Source: Coniocarpon cinnabarinum
Taxonomy: Eukaryota
Length of the DNA stretch: 64,000 bases
Reading direction: 5' to 3'
NCBI GenBank assembly: GCA_051942205.1
Contig: JAVECO010000001.1
Location: forward strand, 62,001-126,000
A program made the translations under genes and the position numbers. The notes beneath the pieces are model-generated. The model saw only the letters and a program-made list of their open reading frames with translations, was not told the DNA's origin and ran no database searches. Of the stretch, positions 1 through 12,853 are shown in pieces (the first letter of the stretch is position 1; every line of letters starts with the position of its first letter).

Positions 1-1199
1 AGTGCAGGTGTGGCACCCACCGAGAAGACATCATTTTCAGGTATTGATGCCTTCCTCGCCAGGTCTTGAAATTCCGGTGTCCACGTCCCAGTCTTCTGCT
101 TGCTCTTCTGTGGCGCGGACAGGGTGCTGGCTTCTGATGTGTTTCGTGTAACTGTAGCCGTCGTGTCTTCGGAGTAGCCACGGTTGTCGTTGAGATGTAC
201 GGGTGACATTGAGCGCTGTGTTTGAGTGGTGGGTGGTGGCTGAGCGTGCCTGCTCTCGCGACTTCGTCCGTAGCGGTAGCGAGATGCGACGTCATTAGGG
301 TAGGTGTAGCTTTCAAAGTCGAGGTCGTCGCCGTTCCCACACGGCATAGGCAAACCAAAGGATCTGCGAATACGGGGCCACACGACCAAGAACAATGGCC
401 GCAATGTCATCATACAGGCCACCATTATAGCAATGGACGGCTCAATGCCTGTCCAGATCCATACATGATAACCAGTCCACGTCCAATCTGGTACGTAAGA
501 ATTTGCGACTTCGACAGTGCGGATGATTCCAATGAAGATCGTAATGGCCGCAACGAAGAATACACTGCTGACAGCTAACTTGCGGCCGGTGCGCATCTTC
601 AACTTCATCAACATAGGAAACGGTAGGACAAAGATAGATGCGTCAATCACAACATCCATGACGCCGATGAAAGTCCACGCTGCGACCAAGTTCCCGCAGT
701 GGCCTTTAATGTGCGGATCCCAGTTGTACGCTAGAGGGTTGCAAGCCAGGTAGCCAACAAGAATTGTGATGATGGCCCAGCAACCAGACAAAATGCCGAG
801 GCACAAACACGCGATCCGAAACGGTCGCATAGGAAATATTGTTGATAGTAGATAGCAGATGCTCATCTTCGTCAGACTGAGTGAAATTGGGTAGGCTGTC
901 TCGCCCAAAAGAGTGAGTTTGCGGTTATTCTCCATGTACAAGGGGTCAATCGTCGTAGCGTGATAACCTTGACCGGCATAGAGGGCAGCGAGAACAACGC
1001 CAATAGCCATAGGCGTATACGTGATGAAGCCAGCCACGCAAAGCCAGTCCGAGGCTGTCAATCGCCGGCGAATGTACGAATTAGTGTAGAGTCGAAGACA
1101 TAGTAGCAGTGCGGCCAGGCCCCAGAAGACGAACGTCAGAATGATCGTGTTAACACCGCGCTCGCTAAGTAATATAGGGACATTTTCGAGGCCTCCCAT
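1..1199 (-). CDS. PTH11-like (rhodopsin-domain/SAT4 family) integral membrane protein, no CFEM domain; 3' end runs off the window
   Basis: Manual translation from ATG 1199 stays open to the window edge: MGGLENVPILLSERGVNTIILTFVFWGLAALLLCLRLYTN...ASDWLCVAGF...LTKMSIC...CNPLAYNWDPHIKGHC...DASIFVLPFP...WTGIEPSIAIMVACMMTLRP. It has about 7 hydrophobic segments and the family motifs RL.T, SDW, C.P...WD....G.C and E....I..AC...LRP. It is missing from the ORF track because its stop lies outside the window. Confidence 0.85.
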   Translation of the reverse strand, partial: MGGLENVPILLSERGVNTIILTFVFWGLAALLLCLRLYTNSYIRRRLTASDWLCVAGFITYTPMAIGVVLAALYAGQGYHATTIDPLYMENNRKLTLLGETAYPISLSLTKMSICYLLSTIFPMRPFRIACLCLGILSGCWAIITILVGYLACNPLAYNWDPHIKGHCGNLVAAWTFIGVMDVVIDASIFVLPFPMLMKLKMRTGRKLAVSSVFFVAAITIFIGIIRTVEVANSYVPDWTWTGYHVWIWTGIEPSIAIMVACMMTLRPLFLVVWPRIRRSFGLPMPCGNGDDLDFESYTYPNDVASRYRYGRSRESRHAQPPPTTQTQRSMSPVHLNDNRGYSEDTTATVTRNTSEASTLSAPQKSKQKTGTWTPEFQDLARKASIPENDVFSVGATPA

Positions 1200-3500
1200 G
1201 GCTATTATCGCGAAGAAGCATGCCCAAGCGGATGATTTAATGGCTTTAGAAAATCATTGACACCAAGTAAAAGAGTGTAGATTGGCTGCAAAAGCCGAAT
1301 GATGTTAGTAGTACACGGTGCTAAGGATGATGGAAGTCGGAACAGGTGTGTATAATAGTCGACCTGACAATGACGTCGGCCTGCAGGCCTCGTCGAAGCA
1401 CCCCTGGCCTGTGCGCCGGCCGTTACAGCTCACAGGGTGCGCGCAGCGTGTTTGTGCTGAGATCTGGGCTGAGGATTGTGCTAAATGAGGCGCCACGCTA
1501 GAAGCATGCAGTGTCCGGGGAAGGCGAGAGCAAGGAACCCCAGTAACCGAAGCAATTTCCGGAGATCAATGGTGCGGGTTTTTGGACAGATGAGATACTG
1601 GCGTGGTCGAGATGTGGGGCCTCGCAGCTTTTGTGTGTCAGTCAGACAGGCAGTGTCTGGGGTAAGAATGGCTGGTCCAGGTGCACGGGGGAGATGACGA
1701 TGTTAGTGCGGCTGGAGGAGAGATGAAGACAACCGTGCAGGGGAAGGCCTCCCAAACGGACCACCAAGCAAGGGTAGAGAAGACGCGGGAGCCCTTCAAT
1801 CTGGCGATAATAGCTCTCTAAGAGCCGTCCTGCGCGAAGGAGGGCAAAGGTGGCTTTTTGAGAGATCGTGCTTGGGGGAGCCCCATCCATTTGCAATATT
1901 GTGCGCTCAGCGACGGCCTTGGGTTTCCAGGCTCCATACCTGAGCTATCTCGGGTCAACGAGGAGGAGTCCCGTCGCGTGTGACTGCGTGGATGTGCTGG
2001 GCATGGACGAGGGCAGCCTCTATGCTGGATATAGCATAGTCCCTTCAAACGAGGGAGACGGACCAGCATCCGAAGCCGCGTGCTCTCCAACTGCCGATCA
2101 AGAATGGGCGTGTGGCAGAACACGACCTCGGTTACGTTGTAGTGCCCCGTCCTTTTTTCAGTATCGCCTTCATAATGATCACGAGGATGTCGAGAGCCTG
2201 TCTTGCGAGGTTAAGAACGCGCTGCTATGGTCTATCATTGCACGTGTTTGATGTTCACGAGATGCAGCCAGATCTGTGCGTGCGCCGATCTTCTGCACGG
2301 TGTTGATTAAAGTTGCGCCACCAGCATTGTGCTTCAGCGCACGGCTGGGACGTGCTCAGTTAGCAGGGGTGGAAGCACCAATACGTCCATCCAGACCGTA
2401 TTGGCGATGCTGCGCGTGCTGGGCGTGCTTGGCGCTTCATGGAGCCTTGGATCAGAGTATTGTTGGGAGGCTGGCGAATGAAACCATTTTCCTCCCAACT
2501 CCTTGGGCCGTGCTCCCACTCTTGTGGAGATTCTGCCGATGAGCCGCAACCTGAAGCGGGTGATCGTCTCATCTTACAATGTGCGGTACTTCATACACTC
2601 TAAATTTCTTTGTATCGATTCGAAAAGGACGTGTTTCCGGGGAGAGGAGTCTGCTTCATTGCGGATTCGGAAGAAGGGCTGTGCAAGACGATTCATAATC
2701 AGCTAAAGAAAGATAACGAGGAGTGTACGGAGTACTCTTCCCCTCCCCTCCAGACCATCACCTCCCCCGCCCGCCATCCCTGTCGGTTCGAAGAGGCTCT
2801 CTTCCCCGCTCGGGGTGCAAAGGATCTTTTTGGTCGGGAGTTTTGGTCTCCCGCGGATCAGCATGAATGGCTGGGCGAGACCGCCAGACCTGTATGAAAT
2901 GATACGGGTGATGGCGCTGCAAGGCGATTGACGACGTGCATGAACTTGCGCAGGAGTTTCACACCAGCGAATGGAGGGACGAGGGCTGCTGTTGGTGACG
3001 AGCAGGGTTTGCGGCATTCATCCTGAAAGCCAGACATGCACAACGACAAGGGATCCACGACGCCGGTGGCTGCACGTGTCTGGATGCAAGCGCAAAGTCA
3101 TGTACCCTGTCCGTGAGGAAGATCTACGTCATGAGATCGCTTACGCGCTATGAAGCGATTGAGATTGCAAGGACGGTTGAGAGCTGCCTCGACGGTGTTG
3201 CAACGCGCTGATGCTTCCATTTGAGAAGTCATTACATACTGATGCTGATGAGACACGCGCGGACGGTTTCATCAAGCGTCATTGCACCACGCACTTGATA
3301 TCCTTGGGCAAACAGTTGAGGGCGGACTTCTTCTCTTCCGTGCTCTCCTGCGCCTGTGGAGGACCACTCGTTTGGGGATCTTGACCTGATGGCTGTGCTT
3401 GCTGAGAAGGCTCCGTCGGGGATTTTGCGTTATCTTCACCAGTCCTAGACGCTGCACCATTGCCGACAGTCGAGTCCTTCTTGTCGGCACTGCCATCTAG

Positions 3501-4437
3501 TCACGCACCGTGGGCCTTGGCGACCGTCTTGTAGAACCCTAGATCATCTAGTCAGCTTTTTGAGTCCTCGGACAACATGACCAAGATACTGTAGGCACTC
3601 ACACTCGCCCTGAGTCTTCGCAATGCGAAGCTCCTTCTCGGTGGGCATACGAGATCCGTCGGAACCGCTGAATGTGCCCGCGCCCCAAGCGGAGCCGCCT
3701 CGAACCTCGCCGAGGTCAACCAAGTCGCCGAAGCATTTCTGTTACACAGATCAGTCATGCTGTCCTGATACGCTCAGGATCTAGAGACCCAAAGAGGTTA
3801 CTCACGGCATAGCCCAAAGGTACGTAAATAATGCCTTGGTGAGCCAGCGTGCTCATCACAGCAACGGCAGTGGATTCCTGCCCACCACCCTGGGATGCGG
3901 TGCCAACGAACAGACCGGCGTGCTTACCCCAGAAGCCACCTGTCTGCCACTGCTTGCCAGTCTTGTCCCAGAAAGCCTTCCACTGGTCCGGGAAGTTGCC
4001 AAAACGGGTGGGAATGCCCATCAGGAAGCCGTCGTAGCCGGCCAGAGTGTCTGGGTCATGCAAAGTGGGGATGTTGGAATCCTTGGGTGGAGCCTGTGGC
4101 GAGGAAGATGGTCAGACTTGCTAGGACTTCACACGTACGCTGAGCAAAAGGGCTCTGGGTACATACGTGCATCATCTTCAACACATCCTCGGACAAGGTC
4201 TCGGGAAGCTGATAGAGGTCGACCTTGCCGCCGGCCGATTCGATGCCCTCTTTCTCAGCTAGGGTCGAAGTCAGTACGGAGACCGGTCTGCACGTTGGAA
4301 GTTCTCCACGAGGCACTGACCATTGGCCATCTTGGCGATGTGGCCGTACATGCTATACTGTGAGCGAGTTCAGCTTGTGCTACGCCTCAGGTGGCCCTTG
4401 CCGCACTCACATATACGATGGCGACTTTAGGAGCCAT
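3501..4437 (-). CDS. NAD(P)H:quinone oxidoreductase type IV, flavodoxin-like WrbA/Pst2/Ycp4 family; 6 exons
   Basis: Exons 4437-4411, 4357-4321, 4258-4167, 4093-3806, 3738-3603 and 3538-3501 are joined by GT-AG introns. They give MAPKVAIVYYSMYGHIAKMA...GIPTRFGNFPDQWKAFWDKTG...QGGGQEST...VRGGSAWGAGTFSGSDGSRMPTEKELRIAKTQGEWFYKTVAKAHGA*, with the FMN loop YSMYGH, PTRFG and GGQE motifs. Confidence 0.93.
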
Positions 4438-4719
4438 GGTGGAGAGGCGAGATGATTGAGTTGCGAATGACCGTCGAAGAAAGTTGGTGACACTGGTGGT
4501 CATGGAAGATGAAAAGAGCTTGAGTGGGAGACAAGCAGGCAGAGAAGCTTGAAGAGTGGGAGCTGTCAGGCTCTGTAATAAGGACCGCTGGCCCCTCCCA
4601 CTTCCGCCGGATTACGCGAGCGCTGTGTAACCAGCAAGCGGCGGAGTTCCGCGAAGGGGCAGGGGATCGAGCGGCAGCTTTTGATCTGGAACACTTTGCG
4701 GTGCAGGCTGCGCATCACT

Positions 4720-4726
4720 TTACTCA
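4720..4726. promoter_or_regulatory. Possible Yap1/AP-1-like response element TTACTCA upstream of the flavodoxin gene
   Basis: TTACTCA lies about 283 bp upstream of the WrbA-like ATG. Genes of this family are Yap1/Pap1 targets in yeasts. A single 7-mer can occur by chance. Confidence 0.3.
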
Positions 4727-5290
4727 TCGCCCCACTTGTGCCCCGCTGAGCGCCAAGACGGGACTCTCCCGCCTCACCTACTGCAAGGCACCCTCTCCTC
4801 AGCCTCTTCGACTGGTCATGGACGAGGTATGCAATATGTTCGGAGCCCGACCGGGAGCCGATCACCCGTTCTTCGGACTTTGATTGCCTTCTTTGGGCAA
4901 CACGGCAGCGTAGCGACTCTCCACCGCCAGAAGATCGACACGCCGTTTCAGCCCATCGTTCGGTCTTTGCGAGTTTTCTTTTGACGACTCCATCAAGATC
5001 GATCAGCCGTTGGAGCACGGCGTATGTGCGAGCAGAGTTGCTCGAGTTTGTGCTCGAAGCCGAGCCAGTCCAGTTTGTTGTTGTCGAGAGTCCAGTGCAA
5101 TGGAGGATCTGTCGAGTGCTATAGGCAGATCCTATAATGTAGTATGCACTAATTGCTTTAACAAGTGCTGCGCAGATTTAGCGCTACTCCTAAGCGAGAT
5201 CTCCGATCCAGCACCGCGAACAACTCTGATCATGAAACGTCTCGCGCATGATGGAATTCTGACCGAGAACTGTGCGCCTCTCAGCAGCCT

Positions 5291-6229
5291 TCAATCATGA
5301 TCTTCTTCTGATGTGCCAGGACAACCTGGAAGTCCCTCCTCGTCATATCCCATCTTGCACCAGTAGCAATACCTGTGCTTTTGCCGGAGGTATTGAACAA
5401 CCTTGTCCAGCTTCTGGGCCGGCTTCAACGATTCAAACTGATCGAGCTCTTCGTCTGTCTCTTCTCCATCTAGCTCGGCATTCAAATGTCGCAGCCGGGA
5501 CGAGCCAGGCACGCTATCGCCGCCATCGTCGTCGTCTACTTCGCCGTAATCATGTGGCGTCTTTTTGCGACTGAGTGCTTCCTCGTGCGCTACAGCTTTG
5601 TTTGTGTGCCTCGTTCGCTCTCGACATAAGCTTCGCCATACCACATCTGGCTTTTGATCTGCTTCACATTTGTGTGCATGCTGAGTTTCCGAATCGTCGG
5701 AATCAAGCTGCTCAGCCACCTTCATCGCACTTCGTGTTTCTCGTTCGAGCCGCTGATGCTCTCGACTTTGCCGTATACGCTCCACATATGCAGTCTCATC
5801 TACTTTCGCCCTTTTTGCTTCAGACTCCCCAGACTCATGCTGTTCTTTCCGTTTGGCCTTGGTCCCAATACCCGCTCGACCATCGCGCTTATCAATGTCA
5901 ATTGGTTGTGCCAACCCACCTTCCTTGCCCAACTTGTCGCCGGGTTTAAACCCGAGCTTTTTCATCATATTCAGCCCTACATTGTTTCCATCGCTGTGCT
6001 CGATAGAGGTTGAAAGTGCTGCCTTCTGCTGCTCCTCTTGCAAGCGCTGACTTTCTTCTTTTGACAATGGGCGAGCGCGTTGAGCAGCTTCTCTCTTAAA
6101 ACGCTCTTTGCGCTTTAACGAGGATTCAGGCTCAACCTTGGTCTGAGGTTGGTCTAGAAATGCAGTTGACATGTAGTCATCTTCCTCGTCATCGGACCTG
6201 GCCTTAGGAACTGCACCGTTGCCAGCCAT
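5291..6229 (-). CDS. G-patch domain protein with C-terminal DUF4187-type Cys motif (GPATCH11/Cmg1-like)
   Basis: N-terminal EEDDYMS, G-patch NVGLNMMKKLGFKPGDKLGKEGGLAQPI...RAGIG and C-terminal YLRQKHRYCYWCKMGY.....GCPGTSEEDHD*. First ATG is 6229; no introns. Confidence 0.88.
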   Translation of the reverse strand: MAGNGAVPKARSDDEEDDYMSTAFLDQPQTKVEPESSLKRKERFKREAAQRARPLSKEESQRLQEEQQKAALSTSIEHSDGNNVGLNMMKKLGFKPGDKLGKEGGLAQPIDIDKRDGRAGIGTKAKRKEQHESGESEAKRAKVDETAYVERIRQSREHQRLERETRSAMKVAEQLDSDDSETQHAHKCEADQKPDVVWRSLCRERTRHTNKAVAHEEALSRKKTPHDYGEVDDDDGGDSVPGSSRLRHLNAELDGEETDEELDQFESLKPAQKLDKVVQYLRQKHRYCYWCKMGYDEEGLPGCPGTSEEDHD

Positions 6230-6825
6230 CGCAAAACAAGCACGGCTAGGGGGTTGCACGACCCTGCTCGAAGAGAGTAGCACAGAACACTCAACTTACA
6301 ATTTCAGCAATTTTTACAATGCGCAAATTGTATTTACTCAGCTCAAGCTTGCCGTTTTAAATTTGAGATTGTGGATAAAGATTGTGTTTACGGCGAATCT
6401 ACTGGAAAAAGTTCATGTTGGTAGTTCGATCTTCAAAATGCGCTAGCCTAGTTGGTATACCGCACTGCATTCGAGCTCTTTCGCCAATGATTCGGCAACG
6501 AGGCAGCACGAAACTCGTTTGCATATCAGCTCATGCGTGCACATACTTCAGATGGTTGTGTGTATCAACAGCATGGGAAGTCATTTTGCCATACGGGAGC
6601 TTCACCCCGTGCAACTAGAGTGGCCGTTCTGCCTGCTTTCTGTACTCCCCGAGCTGCAGCCTTTACATGACGGGTTACAGATCTACGCGAATCGTTTTCA
6701 TGACATTGCAGCATTCATAGTCCCAAAACCGACGCTAAAAATGATGCTCCAACACCGGCGCCCATGCGAAAAATAGCGACTGCGTTCGGTCTATGATACC
6801 CTCGATGTCATGTATCCTTAATGCC

Positions 6826-9275
6826 TCAGATCTCCTGTGAGTGTCCAGTCACTGCGACGCTACTGCCATGCTTTGACTCGGCACCATCCCCGCCTCTTGT
6901 GGCCTGGCCGTTTCCAACTGGGTATTGTCGAGAGTTGGTTTGGCTTGTGCTGCTGGCGCCTCGACTTCGATTGCCACTTACAGCTTGACTCTGATCACCT
7001 CTATCTTGCACATGCTCCTTGTCAATCATTTCATTGAGACTGGTGAAGTTAAACATGCCTTCCGAGCTGGCGGAGTTATCCTCAGTGGTCGGGATAGGTG
7101 GTAAGAGGGGCCCAGCAGGGGCTGAACTGGATGGATTCTCAACCTGGTTGCCAGCATCCCCATGAGACGACTCGGTCGAAGTAATGGACCTTGAGCGGGG
7201 CTGGGTGGTCTGAACGGTGAGCATGTCGCGTGCAAGATTGACGCCGTCCTGTTCAGGAGGTCGTTGCGGATCTTCTGGTCTTTGCTGGTTTGCTGTTGCT
7301 AGATTGAGTGTGCTGGTGGGCTCGTCAAGTGGATTGAATCCACCTGGTTGGTAAGCACGACTTCTTTTACTCTCAGCCGGACTATGTTCAGACAGCTTTG
7401 CCTTTCCTTTACCTTCACCGGGGCTTTGTGAGTGAGTCCTTTCTTGACCATGAGAGGGCGTGAAGTATTGGGAATTGTTCCGACTGGAATTAAACGAGCT
7501 CGTGCCATTCTTTCTCGCAGCCTTATCAGCCTTCTTTTGTTCCTTGGCCCTCTTCTTGTCTTCTTTCTTGCGCTCTTTCTCGGCTTCTTTCTCCTCTTTC
7601 TTTTTGCGCTCCTCCTCAGCCTGTAAAGAGAGCCGTATTGCTTCCATCATCATGAGTTCCTCAAGATCTTCAGGGCGATTGCCTCGGGAACTGCCTCTGT
7701 TAGGAAACAGATCTGAGCCGTTGCCGTTCCCTCGACGAGGACGTGTCGACTGATCTTGATTCTCAAGCACAGCCATAATTTGCTCTAGGTGAGCGGGATT
7801 CATGTTCTCAGGCCTGTTCGAACTTCCCTCACCATTGTAGTCTATGATGGGCGCGCGCCGTCTTCGACCCAATCCGGGAAACCCGGAACCACGATCGTTC
7901 ATCATATACGCAGCTGTATGAAGAGCCGTGGCAGCAGCGGAGCGACGAGCTTGATGTGAACGTGCATCGGCAAGTTTCTTGGCCCAGTCGGGTCGAACAG
8001 TATCTGTGGTAATCACATCAGGGTGGTTGACAGACATGGACTGTCCGCGTGGGCGCTTGTCTGAGTTGTTGTTCAGGCTTCGACCGTCCGGTGCTGAGAC
8101 TGTGTCATTGTATGCCAGCCCGCGGCGAAATGGAGGTGGATCATAGGTGATACCTAGCTCTGGCATCTTGCAGAAAGGACAAGTCGCTGGCTCGCAAACC
8201 AGATCCGTACCATCCAGAGCCTGGGGATTTCGATTCTCAGGGGGCGAGCTTGGATCTGTATGTTCTGGCGGATGTGGATCCGGTCTTTTGATCTGAACAA
8301 AGCATTCCGAGCAGATGGACTGGTCGCAGCACCGAGTCCGGTTGAGGTATGGGGGATAGTACAGGAAACAAATAGGACACTCGCGAACATCTTTGTAAAG
8401 ATAGGCTTCGAGTGGCTGACCATTGATCTGTGGGTTAGGAGGTAGACGAATCTCGTTGCGGGGGATGTCTGGCTGATTCGTGTCTTTGATACCAGGACTT
8501 AAAGATGCGACGGGCTTGGTACGACCGCGAAAGAGGGGTGAGGGTGTTGGAGCGGAGGGCGAGCTGCCGAGTCTCAAGTCATTCTGAGCGGGAAGTGAGA
8601 CACTGGCCTGGGAAGTCTCTCGCTCAAGCCTCGCTGGTTGTGGCCCAGCAGGTGTTGGAGCAGCTTGGGGATGCCGATCCTCAGTAGGGGACGGAGATTC
8701 TTCTTGAGGAGGGATTTGGTCTGGTGGCGGTATTGGCAGCCCTCGTGCAGCGGCGACAAGCTGATGCTCCGTCCAAGAATCGGAGTGATCGTTGAGGCCC
8801 CGCCAGAAAGGCGCGAGTCGACGTTCAATCTAAGGCATTTGGTCAGACTGCTCCTGTCACAAACTTTAGCATTACTCACCTGCAACTGCCGGACGGTGAT
8901 TTTGCTGAAATCTTCTGGGCCGACGTATGTGCCCAACGTCACCAGATAGCCGCCATCAACGCCTTCTTCCCGCATGCTACGGTCTCGATCCCGCGCTCGT
9001 AGGAGCCGCTCTTTCTCTAATTTTCGAGCTTCCCGCTCTTGCTTGGTCTCTTTCCGCTGTCCATTTGGATCTACCTCGCCAGAACCACCGATGCTGAACA
9101 ATGCCAAGTCATTGCGACTGCTGCGACCACCTCTGGAGCTATAGACGCCGCCGCTGCGATCGTTGGAAGGAGGATTGAGCGAGAAGGAAAAAGAGGGCGA
9201 CGTCGGAGACTGAGTCTGGCTATTTGATCGGTTGTCGTTGGAGTTTCGGGCTTCTCGACTGGAGCTGTTGCCCAT
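6826..9275 (-). CDS. SIP5: Sip5 (Snf1/Reg1-interacting RING-like protein); 2 exons
   Basis: Exon 1 9275-8880, intron 8879-8830 (GTGAGT...CTGAC...TAG), exon 2 8829-6826. Motifs: MGNSSS (myristoylation-like), [79 protein letters not shown]. Confidence 0.92.
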
Positions 9276-10538
9276 TACCGACCTGCGATGCTCAGACGAA
9301 GCTTGATAGAGTTGGGGCGGGTTGCGATGATGAGGCTTTCTGTGCTGCTGGAAACGGCGAATGACGAAGCATGTGATTGACAGTAGTGGAAAATGTTGGC
9401 CAGCGCTAGCACGGTGGAGGGAGCGTCAGAAGTGGTTCCTGATGTTGAAGTGATCAACCCGGATGTACTCAGACGCAACTTCCTGGAAACATGGGTGATC
9501 GGCGGGCAGCGGATAGAGTCAGTGGCGTGGTTGGCGTCTTGAAAGCGGGGGGCGCGGTGGAGAAGGCAGGGGCTAGATCAGCGGGCAGTAATGGCCGTCC
9601 TCTCAGATGAAATGGAGTGATGGAACGAGAAAGGACGACGAATTCGGCAGTGGTTTGGTAAAAGTGTACAAATAGCTCTGTAACATGTTCGCCGCAGGGC
9701 CGCGTGTGCCGCACATCAACCTCATCCTGGCACGTGAGCCCCTCTTTCCTAGAGATTCCTGGCCGCAGGATGCCTGCTAATCACCAAATCACCGATAATA
9801 CTTTGCAGACATGCACAAGCAAAATACAGGTTGCGCTGGAAGGGCGAGCGCCAGCCCGGTTGGATAGCATATATATAAGGTATCTCGGCGCTCCATGCAC
9901 CACCGTTATGTCAAGGACTTCACCTCACTACCGTTCGTTCAGCTACTCGTGGACTTGCTTACTGCCTCTTATCTGCCTTCATGTCGTCTTCTCGCACACT
10001 GGTGCGACTTTCACTTCTCTGACGTTGTGGATTCGAGACGTGCCTCCCAGATGTCTGCCCTTGAGCCTGTAGCAATGCCTTGCAGAGCTCCTTGTAACCA
10101 TGTCGCTTCGTTGCTACATCTTGGTCCACTATGGCGCATTGCAACTGCAAATGAAACGCTCGATCAAGCTTGACACTGGTCGATGCCTAGGACTCATCGC
10201 ATCAGAGAGAAGGAAAATCCTTTTGCGTGGTTGTGAAGTCGTAGCATCATTTTCAACCAAATGCCAGAGCCACGAGGTGGAGAGCACAAAGATGGAAAAA
10301 CTTGCGTGACGAATCCGGGCACCAAATTCAATGAATACTGACTCGCAAAACCGAATGTCCTTCATGCGCGGATAAAGTGAATGGCATGCTGGCTGTTAAT
10401 GCTTGCAGCAAGCATAGAACTGTCCTGTTGCGGTCGCTCTCGTCACAAATTTTTGGAAAGCTTCACATCACGCTGACGCGCCTGTGCCAACTACGTAAAT
10501 GCGCGCTCACCTACACGATTACCCCCGTGTCACCGGTG

Positions 10539-11869
10539 TCATCGTAAAGGCATTGAGACACTTGGTTCTCCCAGACTTTGCGAAGGAGAGAGCTGCGGAG
10601 GCGGTGTTTCCCTGGGCGTTGGCAAAGGATGTTCCGGGGGCGTTGATGGTTTGCGTTTGTTCACAAAGCCAGGAGGTGGACTTGGCCAAGAGTGGTCGAG
10701 AAAGTCACCCAACTGCTCCTGGATACCCTCAGCTAACAGCTGTACTGCCCTTTGCCGGTTCAAGCTCCATTCATGGTCCTTTCGCCATCTACCAGCGGCA
10801 GTCGCTGTTTCTTGACCGTTCTCCAGCCCGTCTAAGATAGACCGCCAGATCCTCATGGTTTCTTGGAGCTCCTCTAGCTTGCTTACGCCCATGACGCTTA
10901 CCCCAAGTTTGTGTCCTCCCAACTCCTCGATTGTCTCATGACGGTATGGAACGCCAGAAGCCGGATCTCCACGAGCCCCTACCAGAGCACCTTCTTTCAT
11001 CCAAGACTCGAGCGCCCACCGAATTGCAATCTTCTCGAGCTTTTCGTCATGCCCGTCACAGAAGTCACTGGCACTTTGAATAGCGATCCGGAGATCTTGT
11101 CCAGCAGGATGAAAATCGGTAAGTCCGACCGGCGGTCCGACGCGACGCAGTAAGCCCATGCCCAACGGTGAAGCGTTGGGAATGACATCGACGCCAGCTT
11201 CACGTAGGCGTGGTATACCAGCTCGCAGCAGGGACGTGTTTTGTAAAGTGTAGTTCGCATACGACATGACAATGTCAAGCGGTTCACCAGTTTCTCGAAG
11301 AACCCGCTCTGCGAGTTGGCACAGAACTTCGATGGGGTAACCCGAGATGCCGACATAATTTACTTTACCTTCCTCGTCGCGTATCCTTCGAAGTTCGCGG
11401 ACAGCTTCGAGAACTTCGTCTGGAGACACAAACTCCACGTCGTGGCAGTAGACTACGTCAAGATACTGCGTACGGAGTCTTTGGAGGCTTCGTTCAATAC
11501 TCTGCTTAATCCATCCGGGAGAGTAATCAAATTCATCGCCAGCGACCCGGCCGACTTTACTCAAGATGAAATAATTGTCTCTTGGGTAAGATGCACGAAT
11601 CTCCTTTGTGGTGAAGGCCTCGCCTAGAAGCACTTCGGCTGGGCCATAATAGGGTGAGGTGTCATACGCACGAATACCGTGCGCGAACGCCTGCTGCACT
11701 AAGCCTGTTGTATTCAAGGCATATGGGTCTTTGTTATATCTAATGATTCATGTCAGCAACAGCATGACGCTGTACAGATCCGGGTAATTGATACTGACTG
11801 ATTGTTGAATGTGGCTGTACCGAAGATGAGAGGGGGAAGCACATCTGACAATCTCGGCTTCGGGGCCAT
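10539..11869 (-). CDS. Aldo-keto reductase, Ara2/L-galactose dehydrogenase-like; 2 exons
   Basis: Exon 1 11869-11799 (MAPKPRLSDVLPPLIFGTATFNN), intron 11798-11740, exon 2 11739-10539. The AKR catalytic motifs DTSPYYG, SKVGR and YCHDVEF are present. Confidence 0.88.
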
Positions 11870-12853
11870 TACGGCCCTCTCAATGTAGCTGTTCTGCAAC
11901 AAAGCGGCTTTTCACCGTCCCCACGGTCAACAAAGTTTGGTCTCTTGGGGCAAAGAGCCTACCGAAGGCTGAAAAACAAAAATTTAGGCAGATAACGCGT
12001 AACTTCAGGGCAAACGAGCGAGGTCAGGCCAAGCATCGGCTTTGTTGACGTCCGAATGGTTGATAACAGACATTATGAAGACAGCACAGCGAGCGTCTTG
12101 ATAAGATCTTGAAGTGGAGCTTGGGAAGTAAATGCCGTGGTATCGCAAGATGAAACGTGCTCTAACCAAAGGTTCCGTGTTGCTGAGAAATCTCCCCCAT
12201 GGACAGGTCTATCACGTCATCGTCAAGTCTAGATGGTGTCTCGGAGCGTGTCCGCCTGTTCCTGGATTGCAACCTAAGCCCATCTTGGTGATGTCAATGA
12301 CCATCTCGACACCGTCCGCCTTGAACAAAGGCGGCGTTGGTCTTTGTCATGCAGTGCCCATCTGCACTACGACCTTGAAATCTCAACCCATCGCTTAACC
12401 TTGGCTGCTTAACCTTGTACGAAAGTACAGAGGCATGGAAGAATCAAATTTGCCCTGAGCCATTGCAGCGCAGACAATTTGTGAGGACTGCGGAGCGTTC
12501 TGAAGGTTGCATAGCTAGGCGTTCGTATTTGCTCCACTAGTTTCAATCGGGATACTTGCACTTATGAGCAATGAAAGCTGGATTGCTCTATGGTATTGGG
12601 TCAACCGCATCTCCTCAACAAAACGCGAAATATGATTCGGGGAAAGCAAAGCGCCGATAAACTTTGTTTACAACGAACACGTCTTCCATGTATTGAGAAA
12701 TGGTCGTGTTCTCGTGAAAAGTCACATGATCGTCCTGAGCCAAGCATGCCTGATATCCAAGACACTCATCATGTAGAACAATACCAATGGCAAATCATTC
12801 TCACTTCGCAATCTGATGCAGAATCACGTAAATAAGCTGCAGACAAAGTCAAG

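Noticed and set aside
4566..5018. 150-aa minus-strand ORF between the G-patch and flavodoxin genes
   Set aside because: It overlaps the expected flavodoxin promoter, has a non-ATG start and has no domain features.
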